Assembly (NCBI GenBank): GCA_003168265.1
Contig: PMSV01000007.1
Coordinates: forward strand, 8,429 to 72,428
DNA: 64,000 nt
Direction of reading: 5' to 3'
From: Chitinophagaceae bacterium
Lineage (GTDB): Bacteria > Bacteroidota > Bacteroidia > Chitinophagales > Chitinophagaceae
Below, in pieces: positions 40,465-50,434 of this stretch (its first letter is position 1; each line of letters starts with the position of its first letter). The notes under the pieces are model-generated. The model worked only from the letters and a program-made list of their open reading frames with translations, searched no databases and had not been told where the DNA came from. Position numbers and translations under genes: made by a program.

Positions 40465-42516
40465 TTAGCCAAATTCCGTTAATCTTGAACGTAATTCTCC
40501 TAGTTCCGACATGGGTTTCTGACAGGTATAATTCTTACAAAGGTAGATCTGGGGTCTTTCATGTATAGGTTTACCGACGGTAAGAGGAAGATGATTCATT
40601 TCCCTGGTTACGGATTGAAAAATACGATAGGGTATAAAGATATGTAAAAATTCCGCTCTCAACTCATCAATTTCTCTTCCAGTCATCAAAATTTCCGGCA
40701 CACCTTCTGTCAGGGCCTGGATACCAATTACCCATACGCCAAACGACAAAGGATACTGGCTTATTATGCGACCCATCGATAAAAAAATGTTAATTGCCGA
40801 TTCTCTCCAATTGGGAATATTGAAAATCAATGAAAGATAAATTAAGTTCAGGAACATTTGGGAATTGCCTGAAGCTGTAGCGCCATCGAATACTTCTATT
40901 TTCCTCATAATCAGATCCTGCTGGGATTTCGCAGTATAGAAAAAATACCCTGTTTCCTCATCCATATAATCTTCAAAGACCTTTTCACAAAGTTCCCTGG
41001 CAATAAATAGATACTGCTCATCTCCGGTGATCTCCTGTAACTGAATCAATGCCTGGATCATGCAAGCGTAATCATCCAGAAAGGCCACCTGATTTTTATT
41101 GGGGGAAACAGGCCCGTGATACAACTGGTTACCTTTTTTAAAATATTTTAATAAGAACTCCATATTCCGTACCGCCAGTTCCCGGTATTCAGGTTTTCCA
41201 AGTGCTGCATAGGCCTTGCTCAAAGCAATATTCATCAAAGCATTCCAGTTCAGTATTAATTTATTGTCCAGGTCCGGGTGCGGCCTCCGGCCTCGGATCT
41301 CCAGCAATTTCTTTTGTGACTCCATGACCATGCTTTCAAACGAAATTTCATCCAAACTCCGTTCTTTGGCGAATTCTGAAATTGAATTCCTGCGATGGAG
41401 AATATTCTTTCCCTCCCAATTTCCCTGATCACTGACTCCATAAAAACTGCAGAACAATGCAGCATCTGGCCCAAGTGCCTCATCAAGTTCCTTCCTGGTC
41501 CAAACATAGAATTTCCCCTCCTCCCCTTCGCTGTCCGCATCCAGTGAACTATAAAATCCCCCTTCGGCAGATGATAATTCATTCTGTATAAATCGGATTG
41601 TTTCTTTGATTACCGATTGGTAGGTCTTTTTGCCAGTCAACTGAAAAGCCTCACTGTAAACACTGATCAACAGCGCATTATCATAAAGCATTTTTTCAAA
41701 GTGGGGCAAAAACCATCGCTCATCCGTTGAATAACGTGAAAATCCTCCGGCCAAATGATCATAAATTCCTCCTTCAGCCATCCTGTCCAGGCTAAGACAG
41801 GCCTGCTTTAATGCGGTTTCGTCCCTCCTGAAGTGATAATGCCTGAGCAGGAATTGAATAATAAAAGGCTGGGGAAATTTCGGGGCGTTACCAAATCCTC
41901 CCCATTCCGTATCTGCTGAAACCATGATTTTATGGAATATATCATCAAGAGTCGGTTTTTGAAAAAAAGCCTTTTCATTCTCACCTGCGTAGCCGTTTCC
42001 AAAGACTCCTGTCTTACGCATATGTGAAACAAGGTTTTCTGCCTGATTCTCCGTTACGTCCCTGTTTTTCGTAAAATTTTCATGAATAGACTCAAGAACC
42101 TGCTTCCAGGAAGGGCGGTTATGATAGGGACCGGGTGGAAAATATGTTCCTCCGAAAAAAGGCTTTGCTTCAGGAGTCAGAAAAACATTGAGAGGCCATC
42201 CACCGCTGCCAGTCATGGCCTGAACTGCATCCATGTAAATATGATCCAGATCCGGCCTTTCTTCCCTGTCCACTTTGATATTAATAAAATATTCATTCAT
42301 CAGGGAGGCTGTCTGCTCATCTTCAAAGCTTTCCCGCTCCATTACATGACACCAATGGCAGGCTGCATAACCGATACTTAAGAGAATAGGCTTGTTCTGT
42401 TTTTTTGCATTTTCAAGCGCTTCTTCTCCCCAGGGATACCAGTCAACAGGATTATTGGAATGCTGAAGCAGGTAGGGGCTGATCTCATGGGACAACCTGT
42501 TTGGGGATTTACTCAT
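40465..42516 (-). CDS. YyaL/SSP411 family thioredoxin-domain protein
   Basis: [29 protein letters not shown] and [10 protein letters not shown] motifs. ATG at 42516 preferred. Confidence 0.93.
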   Translation of the reverse strand: MSKSPNRLSHEISPYLLQHSNNPVDWYPWGEEALENAKKQNKPILLSIGYAACHWCHVMERESFEDEQTASLMNEYFINIKVDREERPDLDHIYMDAVQAMTGSGGWPLNVFLTPEAKPFFGGTYFPPGPYHNRPSWKQVLESIHENFTKNRDVTENQAENLVSHMRKTGVFGNGYAGENEKAFFQKPTLDDIFHKIMVSADTEWGGFGNAPKFPQPFIIQFLLRHYHFRRDETALKQACLSLDRMAEGGIYDHLAGGFSRYSTDERWFLPHFEKMLYDNALLISVYSEAFQLTGKKTYQSVIKETIRFIQNELSSAEGGFYSSLDADSEGEEGKFYVWTRKELDEALGPDAALFCSFYGVSDQGNWEGKNILHRRNSISEFAKERSLDEISFESMVMESQKKLLEIRGRRPHPDLDNKLILNWNALMNIALSKAYAALGKPEYRELAVRNMEFLLKYFKKGNQLYHGPVSPNKNQVAFLDDYACMIQALIQLQEITGDEQYLFIARELCEKVFEDYMDEETGYFFYTAKSQQDLIMRKIEVFDGATASGNSQMFLNLIYLSLIFNIPNWRESAINIFLSMGRIISQYPLSFGVWVIGIQALTEGVPEILMTGREIDELRAEFLHIFIPYRIFQSVTREMNHLPLTVGKPIHERPQIYLCKNYTCQKPMSELGELRSRLTEFG

Positions 42517-42638
42517 GGAATTCTCAACAAGATGAAGCTGATTCAGTTCAAAAATGGGGGAAATTTCAAGAGAAAAAATACACAAATAAAACCGGGGCTA
42601 ACTGGTTTTTTGAATTCGGAACGAATCCATTATTTCGA

Positions 42639-43445
42639 TTACTTCTTCTTAATCGCTTCCGCCAGGTATTTCTCCAATGCGGAAACCATGGAGGGCGCCT
42701 GCGGCAGCGGAGCCTTTATTTCCAGGCTCAGGCCAGCTTCCTCTACGGCCCTGGAAGTATTGTTCCCGAATGCTCCGATCTTGGTGCCGTTTTGCTTGTA
42801 TTTGGGAAAATTATCGAACAGGCTTCTCACTCCGCTCGGTGTGAAAAAACAGATGATATCATATTCGCTCTTGACCATTACCTCCTTGATATCATTACTG
42901 ATTGTCCGGTACATGAAGGGAGTAACGAATTCGCAATTATTGTTTTTCAGCCAGTTTACGATTTCATTGTCCTGCTGATTTTCCGAACAGGGATAAAGAA
43001 ACTTCTCGTTTTCCTTGTGTTTGTTAATGACATCAAGCATGCTCTTATTCGTGCCATCAGCGCCGTAAAAGACCTTTCTTTTCCTGTAGAGGATGAATTT
43101 TTGCAGATAGAGGGCAACAGACTCGGTAATGCAGAAATATTTCGTGTCCTGGGAAACACTCACTTTTAATTCTTCGCAAATCCTGAAAAAATGATCGATC
43201 GCATGCCTGCTTGTAAAAATCACAGCAGTGTAATGCGCAATATCGATTTTCTGTTTCCTGAAGTCTTTGGCTGAAATCGCTTCCAGGCGGATAAAGGGAT
43301 GAAAGGATAGCCTCACCTGATATTTTTTTTCTAGTTCAAAATAAGGAGACTTATCGCTTTCCGGCCTTGGTTGAGTAATTAAGATATTTTTTGCGGTATT
43401 GGCCACGTAAGCCGCAACAGCATTTTTTTCTCCGTTTTTAACCAT
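42639..43445 (-). CDS. hemD: Uroporphyrinogen-III synthase (HemD-like)
   Basis: ILITQPRP...SPY, FTSRHAIDHFFR and FFTPSGVRSL motifs of the Bacteroidota HemD family. Confidence 0.88.
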   Translation of the reverse strand: MVKNGEKNAVAAYVANTAKNILITQPRPESDKSPYFELEKKYQVRLSFHPFIRLEAISAKDFRKQKIDIAHYTAVIFTSRHAIDHFFRICEELKVSVSQDTKYFCITESVALYLQKFILYRKRKVFYGADGTNKSMLDVINKHKENEKFLYPCSENQQDNEIVNWLKNNNCEFVTPFMYRTISNDIKEVMVKSEYDIICFFTPSGVRSLFDNFPKYKQNGTKIGAFGNNTSRAVEEAGLSLEIKAPLPQAPSMVSALEKYLAEAIKKK

Positions 43446-43472
43446 ATTAGCTACAGCAATGGTTTTGCAAAA

Positions 43473-44582
43473 TTAATAAGCTTTCTCTAAAAATGCCAAT
43501 ACCACTTTGTAAATGAGAAGCAAGGGCGTTAATTCGAAGGCGCAAAGGTAGATAAAATAATGAACAACGGTCAACTTTATTTCAGCCCTTATGGTTCCGA
43601 AGCAGGCGATAAAACGGTACAAAAGAAGAACCACCAGCATTCCCTGAGACAATGTAATGGCTACTTCCACTGCGACAGGCGAAGAAAAGGTGAGAATGGG
43701 TAAAAGAAAAACTAAGCCAATTCCGAGGATCTTATTCGTAAGAAATACAACAAATATGTAGTTGTCCGCCGCCTTTTCGAGATTAAATACCCATCCGCAG
43801 ATTTTAAAAATCAGGAATTTGGACAAATAAATGACAAGTAAAGCCAGGGTACAATAAAACAGCAGTAGCCAGAAACCCGTATTTGGAGCGAAATGATAGT
43901 AACGGAACAGCATACAGGCATAAAGGCCACCGGAAAGGATAAATAACCAATTCAGGAGCAGGGACGGAAGCGGGCTTTGCAAAGCCTGTTCCCTGATCTG
44001 TTGTTGGCGCATGCTCGCCCGGAAAAACAAAGCCAGCAAATTGTTCAGGTATTTGGAAAAGAACAAACGAATGGCCCCGAAATAAAATAGGAGGCCCATA
44101 ATCAGGTAAAAGAGTCCATCTCTGCTATCAGATCTGTGCAGCTCCATTTCAAAAGACTGCCATTTCCCGTAAAACCGGAATCCTGGATCTGAAGCAAGCA
44201 TCTTTCGCATTCGGGTCCTCCCGGAAGGCAAATTCTCACTATTAAGTAACTGCTGTAGCATATTATCGGACAGTTTCGCCCTTGCATTCTCATTGCTATC
44301 CGTCTTCAATAATCCTGTATTATTAGACCCGGAGACTGTATCCCTGTTCAAAGAATCTCTCTTTAGGGTCATCCTCCGGGAAAGGCTATCCCTTTTTTTA
44401 AATGGGCTATCTTTTCTGATAAATGGCCTCTTCAACGGCCTGAATAAGTCTGAATCCGGCTTCACCGCTAACACTTTTATGGGCTGCCCGATACGGACAG
44501 TATCCGAATCCGTTCCTGTTTGTGCATTCACGGCAATCACCTTAATAACCAGCAAAAAAAACAGGGGAAAAAATTTCGTCAC
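43473..44582 (-). CDS. DUF4271 family membrane protein
   Basis: Multi-TM C-terminus ending YFIYLCAFELTP; position upstream of hemD. Confidence 0.85.
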   Translation of the reverse strand: MTKFFPLFFLLVIKVIAVNAQTGTDSDTVRIGQPIKVLAVKPDSDLFRPLKRPFIRKDSPFKKRDSLSRRMTLKRDSLNRDTVSGSNNTGLLKTDSNENARAKLSDNMLQQLLNSENLPSGRTRMRKMLASDPGFRFYGKWQSFEMELHRSDSRDGLFYLIMGLLFYFGAIRLFFSKYLNNLLALFFRASMRQQQIREQALQSPLPSLLLNWLFILSGGLYACMLFRYYHFAPNTGFWLLLFYCTLALLVIYLSKFLIFKICGWVFNLEKAADNYIFVVFLTNKILGIGLVFLLPILTFSSPVAVEVAITLSQGMLVVLLLYRFIACFGTIRAEIKLTVVHYFIYLCAFELTPLLLIYKVVLAFLEKAY

Positions 44583-44665
44583 GCGTTGAAATGTTGGATT
44601 TGCAAAAGTATCACAGGGAAATCATTGTGTAAAATCAGATTGTCTCTGATCCACCCGGGTAGAGG

Positions 44666-46462
44666 TCAAAAAAAGTTGACATATCCCAGGTGAATCTTTG
44701 CTTCCTTGAAGCTAAAAGCATTGTCATCCTGCCTGCCCAGGGCATAGGATATATTGAAAATTCCTGCCTTGGTTTCAAAAGCCATGCCAAGGCCAATTCC
44801 CATATATGTGCTGTTTGACGTAAAATCCGGCACATTGTTTTTCGCCCAACCATAATCCAGAAATGTAAAAAGAAAAGAATTCATGCCGATCAGGTAACGA
44901 TATTCCAGGGTTCCCACTGCATATTGTGTCGCATAGATGCTTTGTTCATCAAAACCTCTTAGAAGACGGTAACCGCCTATCAGGAACAATTCGTTGAGAA
45001 AATTATTGGGGCTTTGGTAGAGTCCCCCATTGAAGCCCAGTTTTAGGGTCGTGGTGCGTCCCAACTGAAAATAATGGGCTCCCGATAAATTAAGCCGGAC
45101 TTCATATGAATTCAATTTGATCGAGTCGTATAAAGTGGTAAAATTGAAACTTGAATCATTCGGATCGATCAATTGATTGATCACATTGTTTTGTTTTATT
45201 GTCTTGGTCCCAATCGTACCTGTGAAGGAAAACTCATTTCCTCTCCGGGGATTGAATTTGTAATTGGTGTTATTGAATTGATAGGTCAGTCCGATGGCGA
45301 TAGAACTATAATCAATAACAGGAGGCAATTCATGTGTCGAAATGATTTGTGTGGTATCCAGGGTCAGCAAATTGGAACTGGCTAATTTCAAAAACACCGT
45401 GGTTGTCTGGAAGATAGAATTGGAATAGGTCGCGCCTATCATAAAATTGATATTGATATAGGTCGAATCCTGTTTTAATAAATTGAAATCGGTGGTTAGC
45501 CCGAAAGGCGAATTAAACAAATAAGGTTGCTGAAAATTAATATCCAGTTTAGGAGTGCCCGGCTGGATCTGCTGCCAGTCCAAACCGATGCTTTCTCCAT
45601 TTCCAAATGGGTTCTTCAGGTTGATGGTCGCTTGTCCGGTAACCAGCAATTTGGATGAAGTGTTAGTCCCATTCGTAGTGGTCGAAGGCAAAAAACCGAT
45701 CAGGGCATCGATCTGATTGCTTTTGCGTTGTTTTAAATAGAGGTCCAATACAGAACCCGTACCCAGTAAGGTCAATTTCCAGGGATTTTCTTCCTTCAGA
45801 AAACTAATCTCCTGAATTTGCTTATCGATTGCCTCAAGTTTGTCTTTCTTGTAAATACTGCCTTCCGGAAGATTCAGGTAATGCTGCATGAATTGGGGGC
45901 TTATTTTAGCGCTCCCGAAAACACGGATACTATCTATATGATATAGGGGGCCTTTGTCAACCTTAAGGGCGCCGCTCAACTCCCCTTCCCGGATTAAAAT
46001 GCTATCTATAAAAATTTTTGCAAAAGGATAGCCATTATTCTCCATATAGCCTAGAAGTCTTGTTTGCCAGCTTTGTAATTGCTGGTAATTCAGCGTTTTC
46101 CCCTCATAGTTCCGGGAATTCCAGCCTGAAGCCTCCAGCCAGGGCCGGTCATCCTTCTTGGTCCTGATATGCGCCCATTTGAAAACATCACCTGTATACA
46201 AATGGATCTCTGCCTTTGACGAATCGCTCCGGACACTATCCATTGAGGCGGTGATATAACCCTTAGCCTTTAGCAGGACAGGGATCCCTGCAATATAATC
46301 CAAACAGGCATTGCGATCCTTAAAAACTGTTTGCCAGGAAAAGGTCTTATTTAAAAAAGACGTATCCTTATCAACAGGTATGATCTTAAGTGAATATTGG
46401 GCGGTCGTCTGCTTAAAAGCGAGCGTCAGTAGAAACAAACTATATAACCTTAATTTTGTCAT
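44666..46462 (-). CDS. Omp85/BamA-TamA family outer-membrane protein
   Basis: POTRA-like N-terminus (YMENNGYPFA), LRGFDE motif, C-terminal aromatic residue. Confidence 0.85.
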   Translation of the reverse strand: MTKLRLYSLFLLTLAFKQTTAQYSLKIIPVDKDTSFLNKTFSWQTVFKDRNACLDYIAGIPVLLKAKGYITASMDSVRSDSSKAEIHLYTGDVFKWAHIRTKKDDRPWLEASGWNSRNYEGKTLNYQQLQSWQTRLLGYMENNGYPFAKIFIDSILIREGELSGALKVDKGPLYHIDSIRVFGSAKISPQFMQHYLNLPEGSIYKKDKLEAIDKQIQEISFLKEENPWKLTLLGTGSVLDLYLKQRKSNQIDALIGFLPSTTTNGTNTSSKLLVTGQATINLKNPFGNGESIGLDWQQIQPGTPKLDINFQQPYLFNSPFGLTTDFNLLKQDSTYININFMIGATYSNSIFQTTTVFLKLASSNLLTLDTTQIISTHELPPVIDYSSIAIGLTYQFNNTNYKFNPRRGNEFSFTGTIGTKTIKQNNVINQLIDPNDSSFNFTTLYDSIKLNSYEVRLNLSGAHYFQLGRTTTLKLGFNGGLYQSPNNFLNELFLIGGYRLLRGFDEQSIYATQYAVGTLEYRYLIGMNSFLFTFLDYGWAKNNVPDFTSNSTYMGIGLGMAFETKAGIFNISYALGRQDDNAFSFKEAKIHLGYVNFF

Positions 46463-46527
46463 CTCAAAGCAGAAAGCGAGAGTAACCTGGATCCATCCGG
46501 TTGCCGCTTAAATTTTAAATTGAATGA

Positions 46528-47673
46528 ATGAAAATGGCGGGAATTTATATACATATCCCTTTTTGCAAACAGGCCTGCCATTATTGCAATTTTCATTTTT
46601 CCACATCCATGCGGTATAAAAACGATTTAATATCCGCTTTATTGAAAGAACTTGAACTTCGTAGGAATTATCTGGAACCTTTGCCGGTTAATTCAGTTTA
46701 TTTTGGCGGAGGGACTCCTTCATTATTGGAAATCAATGACTTAACCAGAATTTTAAATCGAATTCATTCTCTTTTCCACCTCCTTCCGGATACAGAGATC
46801 ACACTTGAAGCCAACCCGGATGATCTAAATGGACAGAAATTAAGGGATTTGAAATCCTCTGGCATCAACCGCCTCAGTATTGGAGTTCAAAGTTTTCGTG
46901 ACGAGGACCTGACGAGGATGCACAGGGTCCACCGTGCGGATCAGGCGCTCGATTCCATAAAAAATGCCAGGATTCAAGGCTTTGAAAACATCAGCACCGA
47001 TCTTATCTATGGGATTCCCGGAATGGATTTGGCAGACTGGACCTCAAATATGAAAATAGCCATTGACCTGGACATCCCTCATCTTTCCTGCTATGCGCTA
47101 ACAGTAGAACCAAATACCCTTCTCCATAAAAGAATCAGGGAAAAAAAAGAGCCCGATATCGAACCTTCAGACCAGGCTGACCAATTCCTGCATATGGTGG
47201 ATTTCCTGGTGGCATCAGGCTATCAGCACTATGAAATATCTAATTTTTCAAAACCCGGAAAACGAAGCCTTCATAATTCTTCATATTGGCAGGGGCAACC
47301 CTATCTGGGACTCGGACCATCAGCGCATTCCTATAATGGGAAACAAAGGTCCTGGAATATTGCCAGCAATTCCCTTTATATCGACTCCATTCAATCCGGT
47401 GAGCTGCCCCGGGAAACTGAACAAATCGATCAATTGAAAAAACTTAATGAAACAATCATGCTTTCCTTACGCACACAGGAAGGAGTTGATCTGGAACTTC
47501 TGGAAACCAATTTCGGTTCAAAAACAAGGACCAGGCTGCTGGAAAAATCCAGAGTATGGTTCCAAAATGCCAGGCTTCAGCATTCAGAAGAAAAATTATT
47601 TCTTACAAAGGAAGGAAAATTATTGGCCGATGGAATAACGGCAGATCTGTTTTTTGAAGAAGATGAAAGTTAA
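46528..47673 (+). CDS. hemW: Radical SAM heme chaperone HemW
   Basis: IYIHIPFCKQACHYCNF, YFGGGTPS, NRLSIGVQSF and YEISNF motifs. Confidence 0.95.
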   Translation: MKMAGIYIHIPFCKQACHYCNFHFSTSMRYKNDLISALLKELELRRNYLEPLPVNSVYFGGGTPSLLEINDLTRILNRIHSLFHLLPDTEITLEANPDDLNGQKLRDLKSSGINRLSIGVQSFRDEDLTRMHRVHRADQALDSIKNARIQGFENISTDLIYGIPGMDLADWTSNMKIAIDLDIPHLSCYALTVEPNTLLHKRIREKKEPDIEPSDQADQFLHMVDFLVASGYQHYEISNFSKPGKRSLHNSSYWQGQPYLGLGPSAHSYNGKQRSWNIASNSLYIDSIQSGELPRETEQIDQLKKLNETIMLSLRTQEGVDLELLETNFGSKTRTRLLEKSRVWFQNARLQHSEEKLFLTKEGKLLADGITADLFFEEDES

Positions 47674-47825
47674 GAATTCTTATGCAAGTTGTCCTGCTTA
47701 TTGCTTCTCCCGTTTATGGCAATTATTCTGTTTCGGGCGTAACGGTAAACCTCCCGGATCGATATGCATCCTACCATCATCAGGATAGCCGTAAAACCAA
47801 AACCATTGTACGAAAGAGGCATCAT
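47670..47825 (-). CDS. Candidate 51-aa membrane microprotein
   Basis: Below the ORF-track cutoff: MMPLSYNGFGFTAILMMVGCISIREVYRYARNRIIAINGRSNKQDNLHKNS. Starts 20 bp after the gpsA stop; its stop interlocks with the hemW stop (TTAA). Confidence 0.5.
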   Translation of the reverse strand: MMPLSYNGFGFTAILMMVGCISIREVYRYARNRIIAINGRSNKQDNLHKNS

Positions 47826-47845
47826 AACCGGAGATTTTATACCTC

Positions 47846-48919
47846 TTAGACCAACAATTGTTCAATTTGTTTGAAACCGGGCCGCACTTTAACATTTTCC
47901 CAAAGTATCCGGTAAATCGCTTCCACAATCGGAATCTCTGCTCCAAATTGCTTGTTCAGCAGAAAAATGCATTTGCTGGCATTATATCCCTCAGCAACCA
48001 TGCTGAGTTCCAGGGTTGCCGTCTTGACAGAATATCCCTTCCCGATCATGTTCCCAAAAGTCCTGTTACGGCTATGCAGAGAATAGCAGGTCACCAGCAA
48101 ATCACCCAGATATACAGAGGCTGCATAATTTAGGCTCCTGAACAGGCTCCCTTCCTGATCATGCCGGTGAATACCCGCTCCATCGGGGTTCACGCCGGCC
48201 TTTCTTAAAAAGCCCGCCATTTCATCGGCACAATTTGCTATATAAACGCTCAGGAAATTGTCCCCATATTCTAATCCATGGGCCATACCCGCTCCCAATG
48301 CATAAATATTCTTCATGATAGCAGCAAACTGGACCCCATAAATATCCCCATTGACCACAGTTGAAATATAAGGAGTCGAAAAATAGGAAGCGATTTGCTG
48401 GACATGTTTATCGTCTTGCCCGGAAAATGTCAGATACGATAGTTTTTCGGCTGCCACTTCCTCCGCGTGGCAGGGACCCATTACCGTAAAATACCTATCG
48501 AGACCCAGTCCAAAATACTTTTTGAGATAATCATTCAGGAGCATATTGTCCTCGGGAAGCAGCCCCTTGACCGCAGAGATCACCTTCTTACCAGAAAAAA
48601 TATCCTCTGGGAGTTTAGAGAAATTCTCAATGATATAGGCCGAAGGAACAGCGACTACCAGGCAATCCGAATTTGAAATCACCTCATGCAGGTTGCTAGA
48701 AAGCGTCAATAAATGCCCGTCGAAATAGACCGAAGAAATATAATTGGGATTATGGTGTCTGGTCTTCAAATGTGTAATAGTGGCTTCATCACGGACCCAC
48801 CAATTAATAGGAGCTTGATTATCTGTCAAAATTTTTGCCAGCGCAGTTCCCCAACTGCCGCTTCCGATTACGCCGAATTGCAAGGCTTGATTCATGTGAA
48901 AGCCACTATGGATAGACAA
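47846..48919 (-). CDS. gpsA: NAD(P)H-dependent glycerol-3-phosphate dehydrogenase
   Basis: GSGSWGTALA, KNIYALGAG, GDLLVTCYS.HSRNR and VAEGY motifs. Confidence 0.95.
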   Translation of the reverse strand: MSIHSGFHMNQALQFGVIGSGSWGTALAKILTDNQAPINWWVRDEATITHLKTRHHNPNYISSVYFDGHLLTLSSNLHEVISNSDCLVVAVPSAYIIENFSKLPEDIFSGKKVISAVKGLLPEDNMLLNDYLKKYFGLGLDRYFTVMGPCHAEEVAAEKLSYLTFSGQDDKHVQQIASYFSTPYISTVVNGDIYGVQFAAIMKNIYALGAGMAHGLEYGDNFLSVYIANCADEMAGFLRKAGVNPDGAGIHRHDQEGSLFRSLNYAASVYLGDLLVTCYSLHSRNRTFGNMIGKGYSVKTATLELSMVAEGYNASKCIFLLNKQFGAEIPIVEAIYRILWENVKVRPGFKQIEQLLV

Positions 48920-48989
48920 TGGAAGGGCAAAAGTACGCCTCCTTTAGCAATAAGGAGAAATACGGAGAGGACATTGACTTGAAATGAGC

Positions 48990-50414
48990 TTATTTCTTTG
49001 TTTCAAATAATTTGTCTTTTGGCACAACATTGACTTTAGTTCCATCGCTCAGGATCTTACTCACTACATTATAGGGTCCTGTAATCACCTGATCCCCTTC
49101 TTTCACGCCACTAAGGGTTTCAATATAATTGATATCCTGTATTCCGGTTTTCACTTTAAACTTCTTCACCTTACCATCAGACTGCAGAAGGTAGACCACT
49201 TCTTCCAGGTCATCGGAGCTGGATTTGGCTGCAGTGCTGTTATCCGGGTTATCGTAATTATTATTATTATTATTATTATTATTATTGTCCCCGCCAGTGT
49301 TGTCTGTGCCGCTGCTATTGTTATTTTTCCCCACGTTCCCGGTTTTTTTATCGCGTGTCGTCACCGAATTGATCGGAACCGCAAGGACATTTTGATGGGT
49401 GCTGGTTTGAATATCCGCACTGGCGCTCATTCCCGGCCGGAAAGGGAAATTCTTCGGACGCCTGCTGTCATAGAGATCTTTGTAGGAATCGGGAGTCAGG
49501 CGGATATGCACTTTGTAATTAGTGACATCATTTGTTGAAACCGTGCTTGTAGAGGTGGAACTGGATGCCACACTGCTTGCAATCTGTGTCACGACCCCGA
49601 TAAATTTCCTGTTATTATATGCGTCCACTTCAATACTTGCAGTATCGCCCAGATGAACTTTTGGGATATCATTTTCGCCCACATCCACGATAGCCTCGAT
49701 CCGGCTCATATCAGCTACCCGCATCATCTCGGTACCCGCCATCATGGAATTACCCACCACGCGTTCCCCTTTTTTAATACTCAGGGAAGAAATCACCCCG
49801 CTCATTGGAGCGGCAACAGTCGTGCGGCTCAGATTCTTGGCCGCAATCGAGAGATTGGCTCTGGCACTAACGGCGCCAGCCTGGTTCCCAACGATACTTT
49901 GTATTGCAGCATTGTAATTAGCCTGTGCAGATAGATAGGTGCCTTCAGCCTGGTCAAATTCCGATTGGGAAATCACTTTATCCGTAAGCAATTGTTTCTC
50001 ACGGTCATAATTCTTTTTCGCCTGATCCATAGTCGCTTTTAGGCCTGGCAATTGGGCCTGGCTATTCGAAGTCACAGCCTCCTGCTGATTCAGTTGAGCT
50101 GCGGCCTGCTCCCTCTGGGTCGTATAAATGTCCGCATAGATCTTAGCCAGTTCCTGTCCCTTTTTTACGCTGTCTCCTTCCTGAACCGTCAATTCCACGA
50201 CCTCACCTGAAATATCCGGACTGATCTTCACTTCCACTTCCGGATAAATTTTTCCGCTGGCGGTAACAATTTCGGTAATCGTTTTCTTAACCACTTTCTC
50301 GGCCGAGACTTTAATGCCTTGGTCCTTTCCGAAAACACCGGCCTTGCTAAGAACAATGAGAATAAGGATCAACGCCACCAGACTAATAATGATCCAGAGA
50401 AGTTTTTTGCTCAT
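48990..50414 (-). CDS. Efflux periplasmic adaptor subunit (HlyD/MacA-like)
   Basis: N-terminal TM, ASGKIYP..EVKISPDISGEV lipoyl-like half, helical hairpin, RPGMSASA motif. Confidence 0.92.
   Translation of the reverse strand: MSKKLLWIIISLVALILILIVLSKAGVFGKDQGIKVSAEKVVKKTITEIVTASGKIYPEVEVKISPDISGEVVELTVQEGDSVKKGQELAKIYADIYTTQREQAAAQLNQQEAVTSNSQAQLPGLKATMDQAKKNYDREKQLLTDKVISQSEFDQAEGTYLSAQANYNAAIQSIVGNQAGAVSARANLSIAAKNLSRTTVAAPMSGVISSLSIKKGERVVGNSMMAGTEMMRVADMSRIEAIVDVGENDIPKVHLGDTASIEVDAYNNRKFIGVVTQIASSVASSSTSTSTVSTNDVTNYKVHIRLTPDSYKDLYDSRRPKNFPFRPGMSASADIQTSTHQNVLAVPINSVTTRDKKTGNVGKNNNSSGTDNTGGDNNNNNNNNNNYDNPDNSTAAKSSSDDLEEVVYLLQSDGKVKKFKVKTGIQDINYIETLSGVKEGDQVITGPYNVVSKILSDGTKVNVVPKDKLFETKK
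49257..49286. repeat. Perfect (ATT)10 trinucleotide microsatellite encoding poly-Asn
   Basis: Ten tandem ATT units, read as AAT (Asn) in the adaptor gene. Confidence 0.95.
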
Positions 50415-50434
50415 CTTGTAGAGGTTATAGTAAG

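Noticed and set aside
42460-43169. 172-aa and 222-aa plus-strand ORFs
   Set aside because: Antisense shadows of hemD and yyaL.
47698-47946. 82-aa ORF from the track
   Set aside because: Overlaps gpsA out of frame; the 51-aa ORF in another frame fits the gap better.
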